DNA of 64,000 nucleotides, from assembly GCA_022562055.1 (NCBI GenBank), contig JADFQA010000012.1, positions 14,483 through 78,482 on the forward strand, read 5' to 3'. This DNA comes from Acidobacteriota bacterium (lineage in GTDB: Bacteria; Actinomycetota; Acidimicrobiia; Spongiisociales; UBA5794). Of this stretch, positions 44,312 through 57,222 are shown piece after piece (within the stretch, counting starts at the first letter, position 1; each line of letters begins with the position of its first letter). The translations under genes were made by a program, and so were the position numbers. Below the pieces are notes generated by a model. The model was not told the origin of the DNA. It saw only the letters and a program-made list of their open reading frames with translations, and made no database searches.

Positions 44312-45085
44312 TCACGGTTCGGGCCACCCGGACGATGTTTCGTCAGAGGTGTCTGATGACTCGCTGCGACCGTCCGGTGGCGCCTCGATCAGGGGCTGCG
44401 GGGACCGCATGCGTCGATAAGGGTTGGGCGCAAGAATCCCCTGTATCGCGATGATCATGATGAATATCTGAATGGTCTGAGCGCCCGGGAGCAGAACCCG
44501 GGCTGCATATACGGTCGCGACAACCGCAACCACGGAGATACCACGCGCTACGGCGTACGCTTTGGCGGGATCCACCCTGAGCGCGAGGGCGTGGAAAGTC
44601 ATGTAGCCGCCGTCGAGCGGGAGCATCGGCACCCAGTTGAACAGGCCCCAAAAGAACGCTGAGAGCACGAATCCACTGATGAGGAACCGCAGATCACCAC
44701 TCGGGATCGAGATCGCGCCGGTCACCATCGCCCAATGCAGTGGACCCGCAACGACGATTCCAACGGCCGACCCCGCGCCCGAAATGAGAAACCGGCGTCC
44801 GTGACTCATCTCACCTGGGAGAAACGTCGTAGCTCCACCAAACACCATCATCGAAATCCGCACGTCGCGAGCACCAAAACGAGTTGCCAAAACAGCATGT
44901 CCGAGTTCGTGAAGCAGGATCGCAACCAGGAAGCCGGTGGCCCACCAGATGGCGCCGGTCATTCCGATTTGACCGGCAAGGAACGCAACAATCACCAACA
45001 CGGACCAGTGGATGGTGACCGGTATTGCCCCCACAGTGAAGGACAGTCTCCCCTTGCTGGTTTGGCCGACGGGTGTCGGTATCAC
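44312..45085 (-). CDS. Site-2 protease family (M50) membrane metalloprotease
   Basis: HELGHA zinc motif within TM helices. Confidence 0.75.
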   Translation of the reverse strand: MIPTPVGQTSKGRLSFTVGAIPVTIHWSVLVIVAFLAGQIGMTGAIWWATGFLVAILLHELGHAVLATRFGARDVRISMMVFGGATTFLPGEMSHGRRFLISGAGSAVGIVVAGPLHWAMVTGAISIPSGDLRFLISGFVLSAFFWGLFNWVPMLPLDGGYMTFHALALRVDPAKAYAVARGISVVAVVATVYAARVLLPGAQTIQIFIMIIAIQGILAPNPYRRMRSPQPLIEAPPDGRSESSDTSDETSSGWPEP

Positions 45086-45140
45086 ATGCGCCCCTGCAAG
45101 AATTGACTGCTAAAGCTGAATCAACAGTAGCGTCTGTGCA

Positions 45141-46487
45141 ATGCAAGGCGGGATCCGAAACATCTTGCGGCTCGGTACCACTGCGATCGTCGTATCGATT
45201 GGGTTGGCTAGCGCTGTCGTTGCGCAGCCACCGACCGTGCTCCAGGAACGCTTCGATACCCAAGGTTGGCACGACTCGTGGATCGACTGGCGTCCGGGAG
45301 ACGATCTCACCACCTACGCCAACAAAGGATATCGCACCACAGGACTCGGCGTTACCATTTCACCAGGCCAACGACGCGGGACCGGGGCGCACTACCGAAT
45401 CGATGGTATCGTCGACGAAGCCTGGTTTCGCTACTACTTACGGCTCGATAACTTCGTACCTATCTCCTCAGGGAAGTTTCCAGGGTTCGCGGGCATGCCG
45501 TCGTACACGGCAAGGGGCTGCCTCCCATCGACCCCGTCCGCGCCTGGCTGGTCCGCTCGAACAATGTTCACCGAGGCGGGCACCGGAGGGGCAGCGGCGG
45601 ACCAGATCAGACTCGGAACGTACCTATACCATCTCGGCCAAGCCGGAACCTGCGGCGACAAACTGCTGTGGGACGCCGAAGTGGCGACGCTCGATCAGAA
45701 CCGCTGGTACTGCATTGAAGGCCACATATCGCTCAACACACCGGGATTCGGCAATGGCGTGGTCGAAGGTTGGGTCGACGGTACGCGGGCGTACTTTCGT
45801 GACGACGTTGAGTTCCGCCGCGCCGATGAAACCGACCTCGATATCCGCACGCTGTGGCTCAACGTCTATTTCGGCGGCGCCACTGTCGTGAACGACCGCG
45901 ACCTTTCGCTTACCCTGGACGAGCTTGTCATTTCGACTGTGGATCAGGTTGGTTGTGTGGCCCCGTTCTGGGACTCCCTTGCGAGTCAACACCGATCGGC
46001 GATCGAGTCGTTGGCCTACGCAGGGGTCATCCAGGGATGCGCCTACGGGAAGTTCTGTCCCGATGACTTACTGACACGCGCAGAAACGCTGACTCTTATC
46101 GACAGAATGATTCAAGCCCCCGCACAGCCTGACGATGCGTTCGACGACGACGAAGGTCACTGGGCAGAGGCGGTGTTGAATCGGCTTGCGCCCCTCGGAA
46201 TTGTCACGGGGTGCGGCCCCCGCCTTATCTGCCCTGATGCCGCGGTCACGCGTGGTCAGTTCGCCGCTTTTATCACGAGGGCATTTGATCTTCCGGCGCC
46301 GACGAACGACTTCTTCCACGACGACAATCAATCGCTGTTCGAGTACTCGATCAACCAGATCGCATCGATCGGCCTCACGCGCGGCTGCGGAGCCGGTGCA
46401 GAAGACTATTGCCCCAACGATCCTCTGACCAGAGCGCAGGCGGCGACGCTTCTATACCGACTGCTCACCTGGCTGGAAGACCGGTGA
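45141..46487 (+). CDS. Secreted protein with an N-terminal beta-jelly-roll-like domain (possible polysaccharide lyase/hydrolase-like) and three C-terminal SLH (S-layer homology) repeats
   Basis: Signal peptide, then three repeats of the type LAYAGVIQGCAYGKFCPDDLLTRAETLTLI / ...GIVTGCG...VTRGQFAAFI / ...GLTRGCG...LTRAQAATLL. Confidence 0.6.
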   Translation: MQGGIRNILRLGTTAIVVSIGLASAVVAQPPTVLQERFDTQGWHDSWIDWRPGDDLTTYANKGYRTTGLGVTISPGQRRGTGAHYRIDGIVDEAWFRYYLRLDNFVPISSGKFPGFAGMPSYTARGCLPSTPSAPGWSARTMFTEAGTGGAAADQIRLGTYLYHLGQAGTCGDKLLWDAEVATLDQNRWYCIEGHISLNTPGFGNGVVEGWVDGTRAYFRDDVEFRRADETDLDIRTLWLNVYFGGATVVNDRDLSLTLDELVISTVDQVGCVAPFWDSLASQHRSAIESLAYAGVIQGCAYGKFCPDDLLTRAETLTLIDRMIQAPAQPDDAFDDDEGHWAEAVLNRLAPLGIVTGCGPRLICPDAAVTRGQFAAFITRAFDLPAPTNDFFHDDNQSLFEYSINQIASIGLTRGCGAGAEDYCPNDPLTRAQAATLLYRLLTWLEDR

Positions 46488-46507
46488 CGCCACAACTGGT
46501 ACGTGGA

Positions 46508-46548
46508 TCGAGATAACGAAAGTGGGGCGACCCCAGGGGCCGCCCCAC
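46508..46548 (-). terminator. rpoC terminator: GC hairpin (8-bp stem with structured loop) followed by a U-rich tract on the minus-strand transcript
   Basis: gtggggcg-accccaggggc-cgccccac; revcomp of the flank is tttcgttatctcg. Confidence 0.55.
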
Positions 46549-46583
46549 TCGCGCATTACCGCAGCGGCTCGCACCGCTTCGGT

Positions 46584-49500
46584 TTATTCGTCTGAACTGT
46601 CTGAAGAATCTGAACCGTCCGAAGATGCGGCAGCCTCGGCAGGCTCTGTCGTCTGCGCACCGAGACTCGCCAGCCACTCAGCGGGGTTCGCCGGCAGGGA
46701 ATCGTCAACGCTTTCGGGAATGTCCTCGCCGAAGATGCCAAGGGCAGTCATCACAGACGCCTCCGGCACATGCGGTTGAATGGTCTGGTACTTCGGGAAT
46801 CCGGTCCCGGCAGGGATCAACTTCCCGATGATGACGTTCTCCTTGAGACCGCGCATAAAGTCAGACTTCGCCTGGAGCGATGCCTCTGTGAGCACGCGTG
46901 TGGTCTCTTGGAACGAAGCCGCGGATAACCACGAGTCAGTCGCCAGAGACGCCTTGGTAATCCCCATCAATTCTGGGCGACCCTCGGCCGGTTGTTTCCC
47001 TTCTTCAACCAATTCCTTATTCGTTGCACGGAACTTCTGAACGGCAATGAGGTCTGCCGGCAAGAAAGACGAATCGCCGCTCGCAACGATCCGTACCCTG
47101 CGCAGCATTTGGCTCACGATGATTTCGATGTGCTTGTCAGCAATGTCCACACCCTGGCTCCGGTACACCTCTTGTACCTGATCAACGAGGTACATCTGCG
47201 CAGCTCGCACGCCGCGAATCTCCAGTACCTCCTTCGGATCGAGAGGACCCTCGGTGAGTTGCTCACCAGGTTCGACAATGTCGCCATCAGCAACCCGCAG
47301 TCGGGTCCGTCTGGTCACCGGATACTCGGTTTCGACATCCTTCTCGGAAACGACGATCCGGCGCCCGTCTTCATCTTCGACAATCCGGACCGCACCGCCG
47401 TGTACAGCGAGGATGGCCTTTCCCTTTGGCGCACGCGCTTCGAAAAGTTCGACAACGCGCGGGAGTCCGTGGGTGATGTCGATGCCTGCCACACCGCCGG
47501 TGTGGAAGGTCCGCATCGTGAGCTGAGTCCCAGGCTCGCCAATTGATTGAGCGGCCATGATCCCGACTGCTTCGCCGATCTCGACCATCTTCCCGGTCGC
47601 CAGGCTCAGCCCGTATGACATCTGAGAGATGCCGTACTCTGACTGATCGGTCAGCGGCGACCGAACCCGGATGGAGAGGATCTCTTCTGCCTCGGACAGG
47701 CCGTACATCGCATCGCGATCGATCATTTCGCCGGCGCGTAACTTGCGCCCGTCCCCGAACGTGAACAGCTTTGCACCGATCTTGACATCTTCGGCCAGAA
47801 TTCGGCCGTATATGCGGTTTCGCAGACTGCGAATTGGCTTGCCGTCCTCGCGAATGGGGATCACAAGACCGATGTCATCGGACTCGTCTGCGTGGACGAT
47901 GACCTCTTGAGCGACGTCTACGAGACGACGGGTCAGATAGCCAGAGTCAGCAGTGCGCAGCGCGGTATCGGCAAGACCCTTGCGAGCTCCGTGAGTCGAG
48001 ATGAAGTACTCCAGCACGGACAATCCTTCGCGGAAGTTCGCCTTGATCGGCTGGGGAATGATGTCACCCTTCGGGTTGGCGACCAGCCCACGCATGCCGG
48101 CAATCTGTCGAAGCTGCTGCATGTTCCCCCGAGCACCGGAACGCACCATCATGTCGATCGGATTGAACCGGTCGGACTCAAGCGTCTCCTGCATCGCCTC
48201 CTTCACTTCATCTGTCGCTTCGGTCCAGATTTCAATGAGTTCAGCGCGGCGCTCATCGTTTGTGATGATGCCCTTTGAGAACTGCTTCTCGACCTTTTCG
48301 GCGCGCTTGTCATAACCCGCAATGATCTTCTTTTTCGAGCTTGGGGTTTTGACGTCCTCAAGCCCGATCGTCAGACCAGCCCGGGTCGCGTACTCGAATC
48401 CGATCTCCTTGATGGAGTCGAGGGTGTGCGCAACAGCCGGTTTGTCATAAATAGCGATGATCTCCTCGATGATTGCGCGCAGATCTGACTTGATCACGGA
48501 CGTGTTTACATAGGGGAAATCGTCGGGGAATACGCTGTTCAGGATCGCCTTGCCGATTGTGGTGTCGAGCAGGATGTCCCCATCGACAGGTTCGTCGGTG
48601 ATGAGATACCCGATGCTGCGCTTCAACGCAGCATGCTGCTCGGAGCTGCCCGCTAGTGATCCGACTCGAATCCTGACGGGGGCATGCAACGAAATGTCAC
48701 TCATGTCGTACGCCATCATTGCTTCGTTCACGCTTGAAAACGCACGTCCGGCTCCCTTGGCATCTTCAACAATCATCGACAGGTAGTACATGCCGATGAC
48801 CATGTCCTGTGCCGGCGTCGCAATTGGTCGGCCGGATGCAGGAGAGAGAAGGTTGTTTGTTGAAAGCATCAGAACCCGAGCTTCCGCCTGCGCCTCTGCA
48901 GACAACGGAAGGTGGACAGCCATCTGATCGCCGTCGAAGTCGGCGTTAAACGCTTCACACACAAGTGGATGGAGCTGGATTGTCTTGCCCTCGACCAAGA
49001 CCGGCTCAAAGGCTTGAATCCCGAGACGGTGAAGAGTCGGAGCCCGGTTGAGAAGCACCGGGTGTTCCTCAATCACGTCGCCCAACACATCCCACACCTG
49101 AGCACGGCGACGCTCAACCATACGCTTTGCGGCCTTGATATTTTGTGCGAGGTCCAGATCGACAAGCCGCTTCATCACGAACGGCTTGAACAATTCAAGG
49201 GCCATCAGCTTGGGCAGACCGCACTGATGCAACAGAAGCTGCGGACCTACAACGATGACAGAACGACCTGAGTAGTCGACACGCTTGCCAAGCAAGTTTT
49301 GTCGGAATCGCCCCTGTTTACCTTTCAGCATGTCCGACAGCGACTTCAACGGACGGTTGCCTGGCCCAGTTACCGCGCGGCCGCGACGGCCGTTGTCGAA
49401 CAAGGCATCAACAGCTTCCTGCAGCATGCGCTTTTCATTGTTGACGATGATTTCGGGGGCACCAAGGTCAAGAAGCCGTTTCAGCCGGTTGTTGCGGTTA

Positions 49501-50537
49501 ATGACACGCCGGTACAGGTCGTTCAGGTCTGAGGTTGCAAACCTACCCCCGTCGAGCTGAACCATCGGACGCAGGTCGGGAGGCAACACGGGTACAGCGG
49601 TAAGCACCATGTCGCGGGGGTCGTTCTTCCCGTCAGCAAACGGCGTGACAACCTTGAGCCGTTTCATTGCACGTTGGCGACGTTGCTGTGACTTGGCATC
49701 GAGATCGGCACGCAGAGACTCGATCTCAGCGTGGAGGTCCATCCTGCCGATGATGTCCTTCACCCATTCAGCCCCCATGCCACCGTCGTAGTAGTCGCCG
49801 TAGCGATCGATGAGCTCACGCCACAACTGCTCGGACTCGATGAGCTGTTTCGGCTTCAGCGTCCTGAACGTGTCGAACGCCTCGCGCAGAAGACCGCTCT
49901 CGACCTTGGCCCGCTCTTCGCGGTCCTGGATGTCACGGGTTACTTCTTTACGGCGTTGATTGATTTCCTGTGCAGGAGCGTCTGCGTCTTCCATCCCAGA
50001 AAGCTCAAGCTCAAGACGTTCGAGACGCGCCTCTTTCCATTCGACGAACTCGTCCTCGATGAGCGCCAGCTCGTGATGGGTCGCCTCTTCAAGCTCACCC
50101 AAGTCCTGGGCGCGGCGATCCTCGTCAACATGGGTGATGAGATAGGCCGCAAAGTAGATGACCTTCTCGAGTTCCTTCGGGGACATGTCCAGTAGGTAGC
50201 CGAGACGCGACGGGACACCTTTGAAGAACCAAATGTGTGTGACCGGCGCCGCCAACTCGATGTGACCCATGCGTTCGCGACGCACTTTGGCGCGGGTTAC
50301 CTCAACGCCACAGCGTTCGCATACAACGCCGCGGAATCGAACTCGCTTGTACTTACCGCAGCTACATTCCCAGTCCCTCGATGGGCCAAAGATACGTTCG
50401 TCGAAAAGACCTTCCTTCTCCGGCTTTAGGGTCCGGTAGTTGATGGTCTCTGGCTTTTTCACTTCTCCAAAGGACCATGCGCGGATCTGATCACCGCTAG
50501 CAAGGCCGATTCGGACTTCGTCAAACGTTACTGGCAT
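46584..50537 (-). CDS. rpoC: DNA-directed RNA polymerase subunit beta' (acidic S/D-rich C-terminal tail)
   Basis: 1317 aa, NADFDGD catalytic motif; tail ...[13 protein letters not shown]. Confidence 0.98.
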   Translation of the reverse strand: MPVTFDEVRIGLASGDQIRAWSFGEVKKPETINYRTLKPEKEGLFDERIFGPSRDWECSCGKYKRVRFRGVVCERCGVEVTRAKVRRERMGHIELAAPVTHIWFFKGVPSRLGYLLDMSPKELEKVIYFAAYLITHVDEDRRAQDLGELEEATHHELALIEDEFVEWKEARLERLELELSGMEDADAPAQEINQRRKEVTRDIQDREERAKVESGLLREAFDTFRTLKPKQLIESEQLWRELIDRYGDYYDGGMGAEWVKDIIGRMDLHAEIESLRADLDAKSQQRRQRAMKRLKVVTPFADGKNDPRDMVLTAVPVLPPDLRPMVQLDGGRFATSDLNDLYRRVINRNNRLKRLLDLGAPEIIVNNEKRMLQEAVDALFDNGRRGRAVTGPGNRPLKSLSDMLKGKQGRFRQNLLGKRVDYSGRSVIVVGPQLLLHQCGLPKLMALELFKPFVMKRLVDLDLAQNIKAAKRMVERRRAQVWDVLGDVIEEHPVLLNRAPTLHRLGIQAFEPVLVEGKTIQLHPLVCEAFNADFDGDQMAVHLPLSAEAQAEARVLMLSTNNLLSPASGRPIATPAQDMVIGMYYLSMIVEDAKGAGRAFSSVNEAMMAYDMSDISLHAPVRIRVGSLAGSSEQHAALKRSIGYLITDEPVDGDILLDTTIGKAILNSVFPDDFPYVNTSVIKSDLRAIIEEIIAIYDKPAVAHTLDSIKEIGFEYATRAGLTIGLEDVKTPSSKKKIIAGYDKRAEKVEKQFSKGIITNDERRAELIEIWTEATDEVKEAMQETLESDRFNPIDMMVRSGARGNMQQLRQIAGMRGLVANPKGDIIPQPIKANFREGLSVLEYFISTHGARKGLADTALRTADSGYLTRRLVDVAQEVIVHADESDDIGLVIPIREDGKPIRSLRNRIYGRILAEDVKIGAKLFTFGDGRKLRAGEMIDRDAMYGLSEAEEILSIRVRSPLTDQSEYGISQMSYGLSLATGKMVEIGEAVGIMAAQSIGEPGTQLTMRTFHTGGVAGIDITHGLPRVVELFEARAPKGKAILAVHGGAVRIVEDEDGRRIVVSEKDVETEYPVTRRTRLRVADGDIVEPGEQLTEGPLDPKEVLEIRGVRAAQMYLVDQVQEVYRSQGVDIADKHIEIIVSQMLRRVRIVASGDSSFLPADLIAVQKFRATNKELVEEGKQPAEGRPELMGITKASLATDSWLSAASFQETTRVLTEASLQAKSDFMRGLKENVIIGKLIPAGTGFPKYQTIQPHVPEASVMTALGIFGEDIPESVDDSLPANPAEWLASLGAQTTEPAEAAASSDGSDSSDSSDE

Positions 50538-50608
50538 GTTTTAGACCTCGGTCCGGAAGGCTGGGTACTTCGAATGTGCTGTTGTGCTCGGGGGTGCAGG
50601 AAAGTGGA

Positions 50609-53600
50609 TCATACAATTGGCTCCATCTCTGGGCGCTCTGGTCGTGTGATATCAATGCCCAACGAAGCCGCCGTTCGGAAAATGTCTTCGTCGAGATCCG
50701 TCAGGTCAACCTCCTCACCGGCAGAGAGCATCTCAACGTTGAGACATAGGCTCTGCATCTCCTTCACGAGCACCTTGAAGGACTCGGGGATTCCCGGTTC
50801 GGGGATGTTCTCACCCTTGACAATCGCCTCGTACACCTTGACGCGGCCCCGGACGTCATCGGATTTGATGGTCAGGATCTCTTGCAGTGCGTACGCAGCA
50901 CCGTATGCCTCCAACGCCCACACCTCCATCTCGCCAAAGCGCTGACCACCAAACTGCGCTTTACCACCAAGCGGCTGCTGGGTGATCATGGAGTACGGCC
51001 CCGTGGAACGGGCGTGGATCTTGTCATCGACGAGGTGGATGAGCTTGAGCACGTAGATGTACCCAACGGTGATACGCGAGTCGAATGGCAGACCCGTTCG
51101 GCCGTTGAAAAGCTGCGCTTTCCCCTCACCATCAACAAGACGGTCGCCGTCCCGGTTTGGTGTGGCGTGCCTCAACATCGTGAGGATCTCGTCTTCGTGG
51201 GCCCCGTCAAACACCGGCGACGCTACGGTCTGCCAGGGCTCGGCCCCGGTCGACGCTGCACTCTCGACATCGGAGAACTCGCCCCAACCCTGAGCGGCCG
51301 CCCACCCGAGGTGGGTTTCGAGGATCTGTCCGAGGTTCATACGCGAGGGGACACCTAGTGGCGACAGGATGATATCGACAGGTGTTCCGTCGGCCATGAA
51401 CGGCATGTCCTCTTCCGGAAGAATCTTTGAAATGACACCCTTGTTTCCGTGACGACCGGCAAGCTTGTCGCCAGCGGAGATCTTCCTCATTTTGGCCACG
51501 TACACACGGACCAGTTCGTTCATCCCCGGTGGGAGGTCGAACCCGTCTTCGCGGCGGAACTCCTTCACTGCAATCGCCTTACCGACTTCGCCGTGCGGAA
51601 CCTTGAGCGACACGTCACGAACCTCGCGGGCCTTCTCACCAAAGATTGCACGCAACAGACGCTCTTCGGGCGTAAGCTCGGTTTCGCCTTTTGGTGTGAC
51701 TTTCCCGACGAGATAGTCACCGGCGGCAACGTCGGCGCCGATTCGAATGATGCCGCGATCGTCCAGGTCGTGCAGCACCTCCTCGGCGACGTTGGGGATG
51801 TCCCGAGTGATTTCTTCGGAGCCCAGCTTGGTGTCGCGGGCATCGATTTCGTGTTCGTCGATGTGAATTGACGTGAGGACATCGTCTTTGACAAGGCGCT
51901 CCGACAGGATGATGGCATCCTCGAAGTTGAGGCCTTCCCATGGCATGAAGGCGACGAGAAGGTTGCGACCAAGGGCCAGCTCACCGTTGTCGGTAGAAGG
52001 ACCGTCGGCGAGCACACGCCCGACTTTCACCTTTTCGCCTTCTTTGACAAGCGCACGCTGGTTAATGCACGTCCCCTGATTCGAGCGCGTGAACTTGCGC
52101 AGATGATACGTATGCTTCTTGTTGGTGGCTGTCTCTTTGACGACGATCTGATCGCCGGTCACCTCCACGATCTCGCCGGTGACACCCGAAATGATCACAT
52201 CGCCCGAGTCTTCGGCGGCGCGAGCCTCGACACCGGTACCAACGAGAGGGGCCTCGGCGCGCAACAAAGGCACGGCCTGGCGTTGCATGTTGGAACCCAT
52301 CAGGGCACGGTTGGCATCGTCATGCTCGAGGAACGGAATCAACGAAGTAGCAACCGAAACGACCTGTTTCGGAGAAACATCCATGTAGTCGACAAGGTTC
52401 TTGTCGACGGTGTCAACTTCACCACCGGTCATACGAACCAGGACACGATCATTACGGAACGTGCCATCGGAATTCAACGGCGCGTTCGCCTGCGCAATGA
52501 TGTGGCCTTGCTCTTCTGACGCAGTGAGGTAGTCAAGCTGATTCGATACCTTGGCGTTTTTCACCCGGCGGTACGGAGTCTCTATGAAGCCGTATCGGTT
52601 GACTTTGGCGTACGTCGCGAGCGAACCGATAAGCCCGATGTTGGGACCCTCGGGTGTCTCGATTGGACACATCCGCCCGTAGTGGGACGGGTGTACATCG
52701 CGCACCTCGAACCCGGCGCGTTCGCGTGACAGACCACCGGGGCCGAGCGCAGAGAGACGTCGTCGATGGGTGATCCCCGCAAGCGGGTTCGGCTGATCCA
52801 TAAACTGGCTGAGCTGGCTGGTTCCGAAAAACTCCTTGATCGAAGCAACTACCGGGCGGATGTTTATCAGGCTCTGCGGTGTGATCGCTTCAGGATCCTG
52901 GGTTGTCATACGCTCGCGAACGACACGCTCGAGACGGCTGAGTCCGACACGGATCTGATTCTGAATCAGCTCACCGACGGTGCGAACGCGCCGGTTGGCG
53001 AAGTTATCGATATCGTCGATGAAATAGCCCTCCTGGTTTTCAGAAAGAGCGATCAGATATCGAATTGTGTCGAGCATGTCCTCTTCGGACAGCAGACCGT
53101 GAGTCGTCCCGTCGTAGTTCTCAAGATCAATACCGGGCCTACCAAACTTCTGGTCGAGCTTGTAACGACCGACGCGGGTGAGGTCGTATCGCTTTGCGTT
53201 GAGGAACAGCGTCTTGATCAGACCGCGTGCAGACTCGACTGTCGTGAGCTCACCTGGTCGGAGCTTGCGATAGAGATCAAGCAGAGCCTCGTCACGGGTC
53301 GTCGTGGTGTCCTTGGCGAGAGTCTCGCGAATCATCTCGTTCCCATCGAAGAGTTCGAGAATTTCTTCGTCGGTTTCGGCAAACCCGAGCGCACGGATAA
53401 AGGTCGTCACGTACTGGCGGCGTTTGCGGTCGACACGCACACCAACCGTGCCCTTCTTGTCGGTGTCGAACTCAAGCCAAGCGCCGCGACCGGGGATCAC
53501 CTTTGCAGCGTGGAGTACCTTGTCTGAGGTCTTGTCCTGCGCAGCGTTGAAATACACCCCGGGAGAACGCACGAGCTGACTCACCACAACACGTTCGGTG

Positions 53601-53992
53601 CCATTGATGATGAACGTGCCGTTCGGTGTCATCATCGGGAAGTCGCCGAGGAACACCTGCTGCTCCTTGATTTCACCGGTTTCGCGGTTTAGGAATCGGG
53701 CGGTAACGAAAAGCGGCTTTGAGAAGTTGGAGTCTTGCTCCTTCGCCTCTTCAATGGTGAGAGGGGCATCGCCGAAACGATGGTCGGTGAGTTCCAAAGC
53801 AAGGTTGCCCGTGAAGTCCTCGATCGGCGAGGCTTCGGCGAAAATACGTTGCAATCCGTGGTCAAGAAACCACGAGAAAGATTCATGTTGGATTTCGATC
53901 AAGTTCGGGAGAGGCTGGGTCTCCGGAATCTTTGCAAACGACAATCTCTTGCGCGCACGAGCCAAGGTGATCTCCTCTACCGAGATGGACAA
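50609..53992 (-). CDS. rpoB: DNA-directed RNA polymerase subunit beta
   Basis: 1127 aa; full-length homology. Confidence 0.98.
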   Translation of the reverse strand: MSISVEEITLARARKRLSFAKIPETQPLPNLIEIQHESFSWFLDHGLQRIFAEASPIEDFTGNLALELTDHRFGDAPLTIEEAKEQDSNFSKPLFVTARFLNRETGEIKEQQVFLGDFPMMTPNGTFIINGTERVVVSQLVRSPGVYFNAAQDKTSDKVLHAAKVIPGRGAWLEFDTDKKGTVGVRVDRKRRQYVTTFIRALGFAETDEEILELFDGNEMIRETLAKDTTTTRDEALLDLYRKLRPGELTTVESARGLIKTLFLNAKRYDLTRVGRYKLDQKFGRPGIDLENYDGTTHGLLSEEDMLDTIRYLIALSENQEGYFIDDIDNFANRRVRTVGELIQNQIRVGLSRLERVVRERMTTQDPEAITPQSLINIRPVVASIKEFFGTSQLSQFMDQPNPLAGITHRRRLSALGPGGLSRERAGFEVRDVHPSHYGRMCPIETPEGPNIGLIGSLATYAKVNRYGFIETPYRRVKNAKVSNQLDYLTASEEQGHIIAQANAPLNSDGTFRNDRVLVRMTGGEVDTVDKNLVDYMDVSPKQVVSVATSLIPFLEHDDANRALMGSNMQRQAVPLLRAEAPLVGTGVEARAAEDSGDVIISGVTGEIVEVTGDQIVVKETATNKKHTYHLRKFTRSNQGTCINQRALVKEGEKVKVGRVLADGPSTDNGELALGRNLLVAFMPWEGLNFEDAIILSERLVKDDVLTSIHIDEHEIDARDTKLGSEEITRDIPNVAEEVLHDLDDRGIIRIGADVAAGDYLVGKVTPKGETELTPEERLLRAIFGEKAREVRDVSLKVPHGEVGKAIAVKEFRREDGFDLPPGMNELVRVYVAKMRKISAGDKLAGRHGNKGVISKILPEEDMPFMADGTPVDIILSPLGVPSRMNLGQILETHLGWAAAQGWGEFSDVESAASTGAEPWQTVASPVFDGAHEDEILTMLRHATPNRDGDRLVDGEGKAQLFNGRTGLPFDSRITVGYIYVLKLIHLVDDKIHARSTGPYSMITQQPLGGKAQFGGQRFGEMEVWALEAYGAAYALQEILTIKSDDVRGRVKVYEAIVKGENIPEPGIPESFKVLVKEMQSLCLNVEMLSAGEEVDLTDLDEDIFRTAASLGIDITRPERPEMEPIV

Positions 53993-54163
53993 AAGGGACG
54001 GGTCTGAACTTTTAGCAACTCAGGACGACCGAAAAACCAGGATAGCACATAGCTAACCTGGTCTTTCCAGATGGGAGACGTCGAGAACTTGTTCAATTGC
54101 TTACCCGAACGATACAACGACATTGCACCGCGCGTCAAGGGTATATCTCGGAACCGCTCACCA

Positions 54164-54206
54164 CGGACTACACAAGAATTGGGGCGAGATCGTGACAGTC
54201 TCGCCC
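54164..54206 (-). terminator. rplL-rpoB intergenic attenuator/partial terminator hairpin
   Basis: gggcgaga-tcgtgacag-tctcgccc; on the transcript it is followed by CAAUUCUUGUGU. Confidence 0.45.
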
Positions 54207-54232
54207 TAATTCTCTTGGGCCTCAGTTGACCG

Positions 54233-54616
54233 CTACTTGATCTCGACAGATGCCCCGGCACCCTCGAGGGCCTCTTTTGCCTTGTCGGCAGCCGCCTGAT
54301 CGACACCTTCGAGCACGGGACCCGGGGCGTTGTCGACAACACCCTTGGCCTCTTTGAGCCCCAGGCTGGTGAGTTCGCGAACGACCTTGATCACCTGGAT
54401 CTTCTTGTCGCCGATCGCTGAGAGCAGCACGTCGAACTCGGTCTGCTCTTCCACGGCAGCACTGTCACCGCCGTCGGTTGCAACGGCTGCCACCGCGACC
54501 GGTGCGGCCGCGGTCACCTCAAACTTGTCTTCGAATGCCTTGAGGAATTCGGAGAGTTCAAGTACGGACATTTCCTCAAAGACTGTGAGCAAGTCTTCTG
54601 TCGTCTTTTTTGCCAT
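54233..54616 (-). CDS. rplL: 50S ribosomal protein L7/L12
   Basis: Homology. Confidence 0.96.
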   Translation of the reverse strand: MAKKTTEDLLTVFEEMSVLELSEFLKAFEDKFEVTAAAPVAVAAVATDGGDSAAVEEQTEFDVLLSAIGDKKIQVIKVVRELTSLGLKEAKGVVDNAPGPVLEGVDQAAADKAKEALEGAGASVEIK

Positions 54617-54618
54617 GG

Positions 54619-55380
54619 TTATTCCTCCTCGGCTTTGTCAGCCGGTTCTTCTTGTTCTTGGGAAACGTTTTCGCTTGCTACGTCCGCGGTCTCGTTAGCT
54701 ACCGCGTCATCGTCGGCAGTGTCACTGCCTGCAGCCTCATCAGCGACCGTGTCGTCGGCTGACAGCTCAGACGACGTGTCGTCGTCGACCGCTTCGTCGA
54801 CTGCGCTATCGTCAGCAGCGACCGGTTCGGCCGGCTCGTCGACTGCGCCGGTGGTATCACCGGCAGCTTCCTTCTTCTCAATGAGCTGCTGCATCATCGA
54901 GGCTACGTTGCGCGGCAACGCAGCAAGCAGACCGGCCATATTCGACATCGGCGCACGCATGGTGCCGAGCAACTTGGCAAGTAACTCGTCGCGGCTGGGC
55001 AACTTCGCTAGATCGGCGACCCGTTCGGGAGTCAGGAGTTCGACCCCGAGGACCGCTCCTTTGATCGTGAACGCGTCGTTCTCAGCCGCAAAGGTAGCAA
55101 GCACCTTTGCGGCCGCTGCTGGGTCAGCATCGGCGAACGCCAAACCGGTTGGACCGACAAGAAGGTCTTCAAGACCCTCTATATCGAGACCGGCAGTGGC
55201 GAGACGCGTCAAAGTCATCTTGGCGACCTTGAACTCCGCGCCGGACTCGCGCAGTCCGCGCCGCAACTCCTGCTGCGACTTTACGGACAGCCCTGCGTAC
55301 TCGGCAAGGAACACCGCTTGTGCTCCCTCGAAGCGCTCTTGTAGCTCGGCTACAGCCTTGACCTTGTCTGGTCGTGGCAT
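54619..55380 (-). CDS. rplJ: 50S ribosomal protein L10 with a roughly 80 aa acidic C-terminal extension (start MPRPDK; ORF track 55437)
   Basis: Homology; tail ...[30 protein letters not shown]...[10 protein letters not shown]. Confidence 0.93.
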   Translation of the reverse strand: MPRPDKVKAVAELQERFEGAQAVFLAEYAGLSVKSQQELRRGLRESGAEFKVAKMTLTRLATAGLDIEGLEDLLVGPTGLAFADADPAAAAKVLATFAAENDAFTIKGAVLGVELLTPERVADLAKLPSRDELLAKLLGTMRAPMSNMAGLLAALPRNVASMMQQLIEKKEAAGDTTGAVDEPAEPVAADDSAVDEAVDDDTSSELSADDTVADEAAGSDTADDDAVANETADVASENVSQEQEEPADKAEEE

Positions 55381-55980
55381 GTGTCCTCCTTTGTCTACTT
55401 CGGATGCAACACCCCGCTGCACATGGCGACAGTTCACAAGACATCCATCTCGTAGAAAAAGCCCCCGACCATCGGCACGAGGACTATCTGAGAAACGAAT
55501 CTTCAGGAAGAACCTGCGCTGGCGTCTATCGACTTATGCCCTGGGGCGCCCGCGGTCTTTGGTCGCAGTATGAGTTTTGCGGACGTCAGCGTATGCGCAC
55601 GCGACAAGAACGTCAAAACGAGTGATTGGCTGGCAGCTTGACTCGGTGTCGCAGCTCGCAAGAAAGGTCGTACGGGTACGGAGATGTCGGCGCGGCGCTT
55701 TTCGACCTACCGAGGATTTGGGCAGACGGCGGGCCAGGATGCCATCCAATCGCCCCACTCCTATGTCACGTCAGGGTAGGGACTGACGATGTGACCAGAT
55801 CGGCCGAAGCTCTCCAGGGCGATGGTGGACCGCCCATGCTTCGAGTCGTCCATACCCGTACGGCGCCATACTGGCCTATGCCACCTCCGTTGTCCACCCG
55901 AGCCAACAAGCGGCCACCGACCCGCCACAGATGGCCCGAGATGGACTACTCAAATGTGCGACCCGGATCAGCGTACGGTC
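55381..55980 (-). promoter_or_regulatory. Long (about 600 nt) rplJ leader; the expected location of the autoregulatory L10(L12)4-binding leader, not verified structurally
   Basis: Intergenic region with no credible ORF between rplA and rplJ. Confidence 0.3.
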
Positions 55981-56691
55981 TTAATCTTTGACTGCATCCA
56001 TGAGCGCAGCGATGTCGACGCGGACGCCGGGTCCCATCGTCGAAGAGATCGAGATCTTCTTCATGTAGAAGCCCTTTGCCGAAGCAGGCCTGGCACGCTG
56101 CACTTCGTCGGCAAGTTTTATGAGGTTTTCCAGAAGCTGCTCTTCGGAAAATGACACTCGACCGATCCCCACATGCACGTTGCCATAACGGTCGTTGCGA
56201 TACTCAACACGACCCGCCTTGAACTCGGCAACCGCGGTCGCCACATCGGTTGTCACCGTTCCGGACTTTGGGTTCGGCATCAATCCACGCGGTCCAAGAA
56301 GTTGGCCCAACTTTCCAACAACCGGCATCATGTCTGGCGTTGCAATGGTGACGTCAAAATCGAGCGGGCGACCTTTGGAAAACTCCGTGGCAAGCACGGC
56401 CCCGCCCACGATGTCAGCGCCGGCCTTTTCTGCCGCCTCGGCGTTTTCGCCTGTTGCGAAAACACATATCCGCACGTTCTTGCCGGTACCATGCGGCAAG
56501 CTGACGGTCCCACGGACAATCTGGTCGGCCTGGCGTGGGTCGATACCCAACAGGAACACCGCGTCAACGCTCTCGTCAAACGAAGCGTACGCGAGGCTCT
56601 TGACTGTCGCTACCGCGTCTTGCGGTGCGTGTAACTGAGAACTGTCGTACTTGCGCCGCACCGCGGCCTTTTTCTTGGCTTCTTTTGCCAT
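55981..56691 (-). CDS. rplA: 50S ribosomal protein L1
   Basis: Homology. Confidence 0.96.
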   Translation of the reverse strand: MAKEAKKKAAVRRKYDSSQLHAPQDAVATVKSLAYASFDESVDAVFLLGIDPRQADQIVRGTVSLPHGTGKNVRICVFATGENAEAAEKAGADIVGGAVLATEFSKGRPLDFDVTIATPDMMPVVGKLGQLLGPRGLMPNPKSGTVTTDVATAVAEFKAGRVEYRNDRYGNVHVGIGRVSFSEEQLLENLIKLADEVQRARPASAKGFYMKKISISSTMGPGVRVDIAALMDAVKD

Positions 56692-56775
56692 GTTTTTTTC
56701 TCCTAGTGGTACGGCGGCCTACGGCCTCCCACGGATGGTGCGAGTGCGACCCGCGGTGATCGATTGAGGTATTCG

Positions 56776-57204
56776 CTAACCGTCGACGAGCAGACCCATC
56801 GACCGGGCAGTGCCCTCGATAATCAGCATTGCGGCATCGACATCGTTGGCGTTGAGATCTCGCATCTTGGTTTCGGCAATGTCACGCACCTGGTCACGAG
56901 TGACTGTCCCCACCTTGACCTTGAGCGGCTCTGACGAACCCTTCTCGATCTTCGCCGCTTGACGCAGCAGGACCGCCGCCGGAGGGGTCTTTGTCACAAA
57001 CGTGAACGTCCGGTCCTCGTACACCGAAATCTCAACAGGGACGATCGTCCCGGCCTGGCTCGCGGTGGCGTCGTTGTACGCCTTGACGAAGTCCATGATG
57101 TTGACACTGTGCTGACCGAGCGCCGGTCCGACCGGTGGAGCGGGGGACGCCTGTCCAGCAGGAATCTGGAGCTTTATAACTGTCACGAGCTTCTTGCGGC
57201 CCAT
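56776..57204 (-). CDS. rplK: 50S ribosomal protein L11
   Basis: Homology. Confidence 0.96.
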   Translation of the reverse strand: MGRKKLVTVIKLQIPAGQASPAPPVGPALGQHSVNIMDFVKAYNDATASQAGTIVPVEISVYEDRTFTFVTKTPPAAVLLRQAAKIEKGSSEPLKVKVGTVTRDQVRDIAETKMRDLNANDVDAAMLIIEGTARSMGLLVDG

Positions 57205-57222
57205 TGGTAACCTCGCTTGGTG

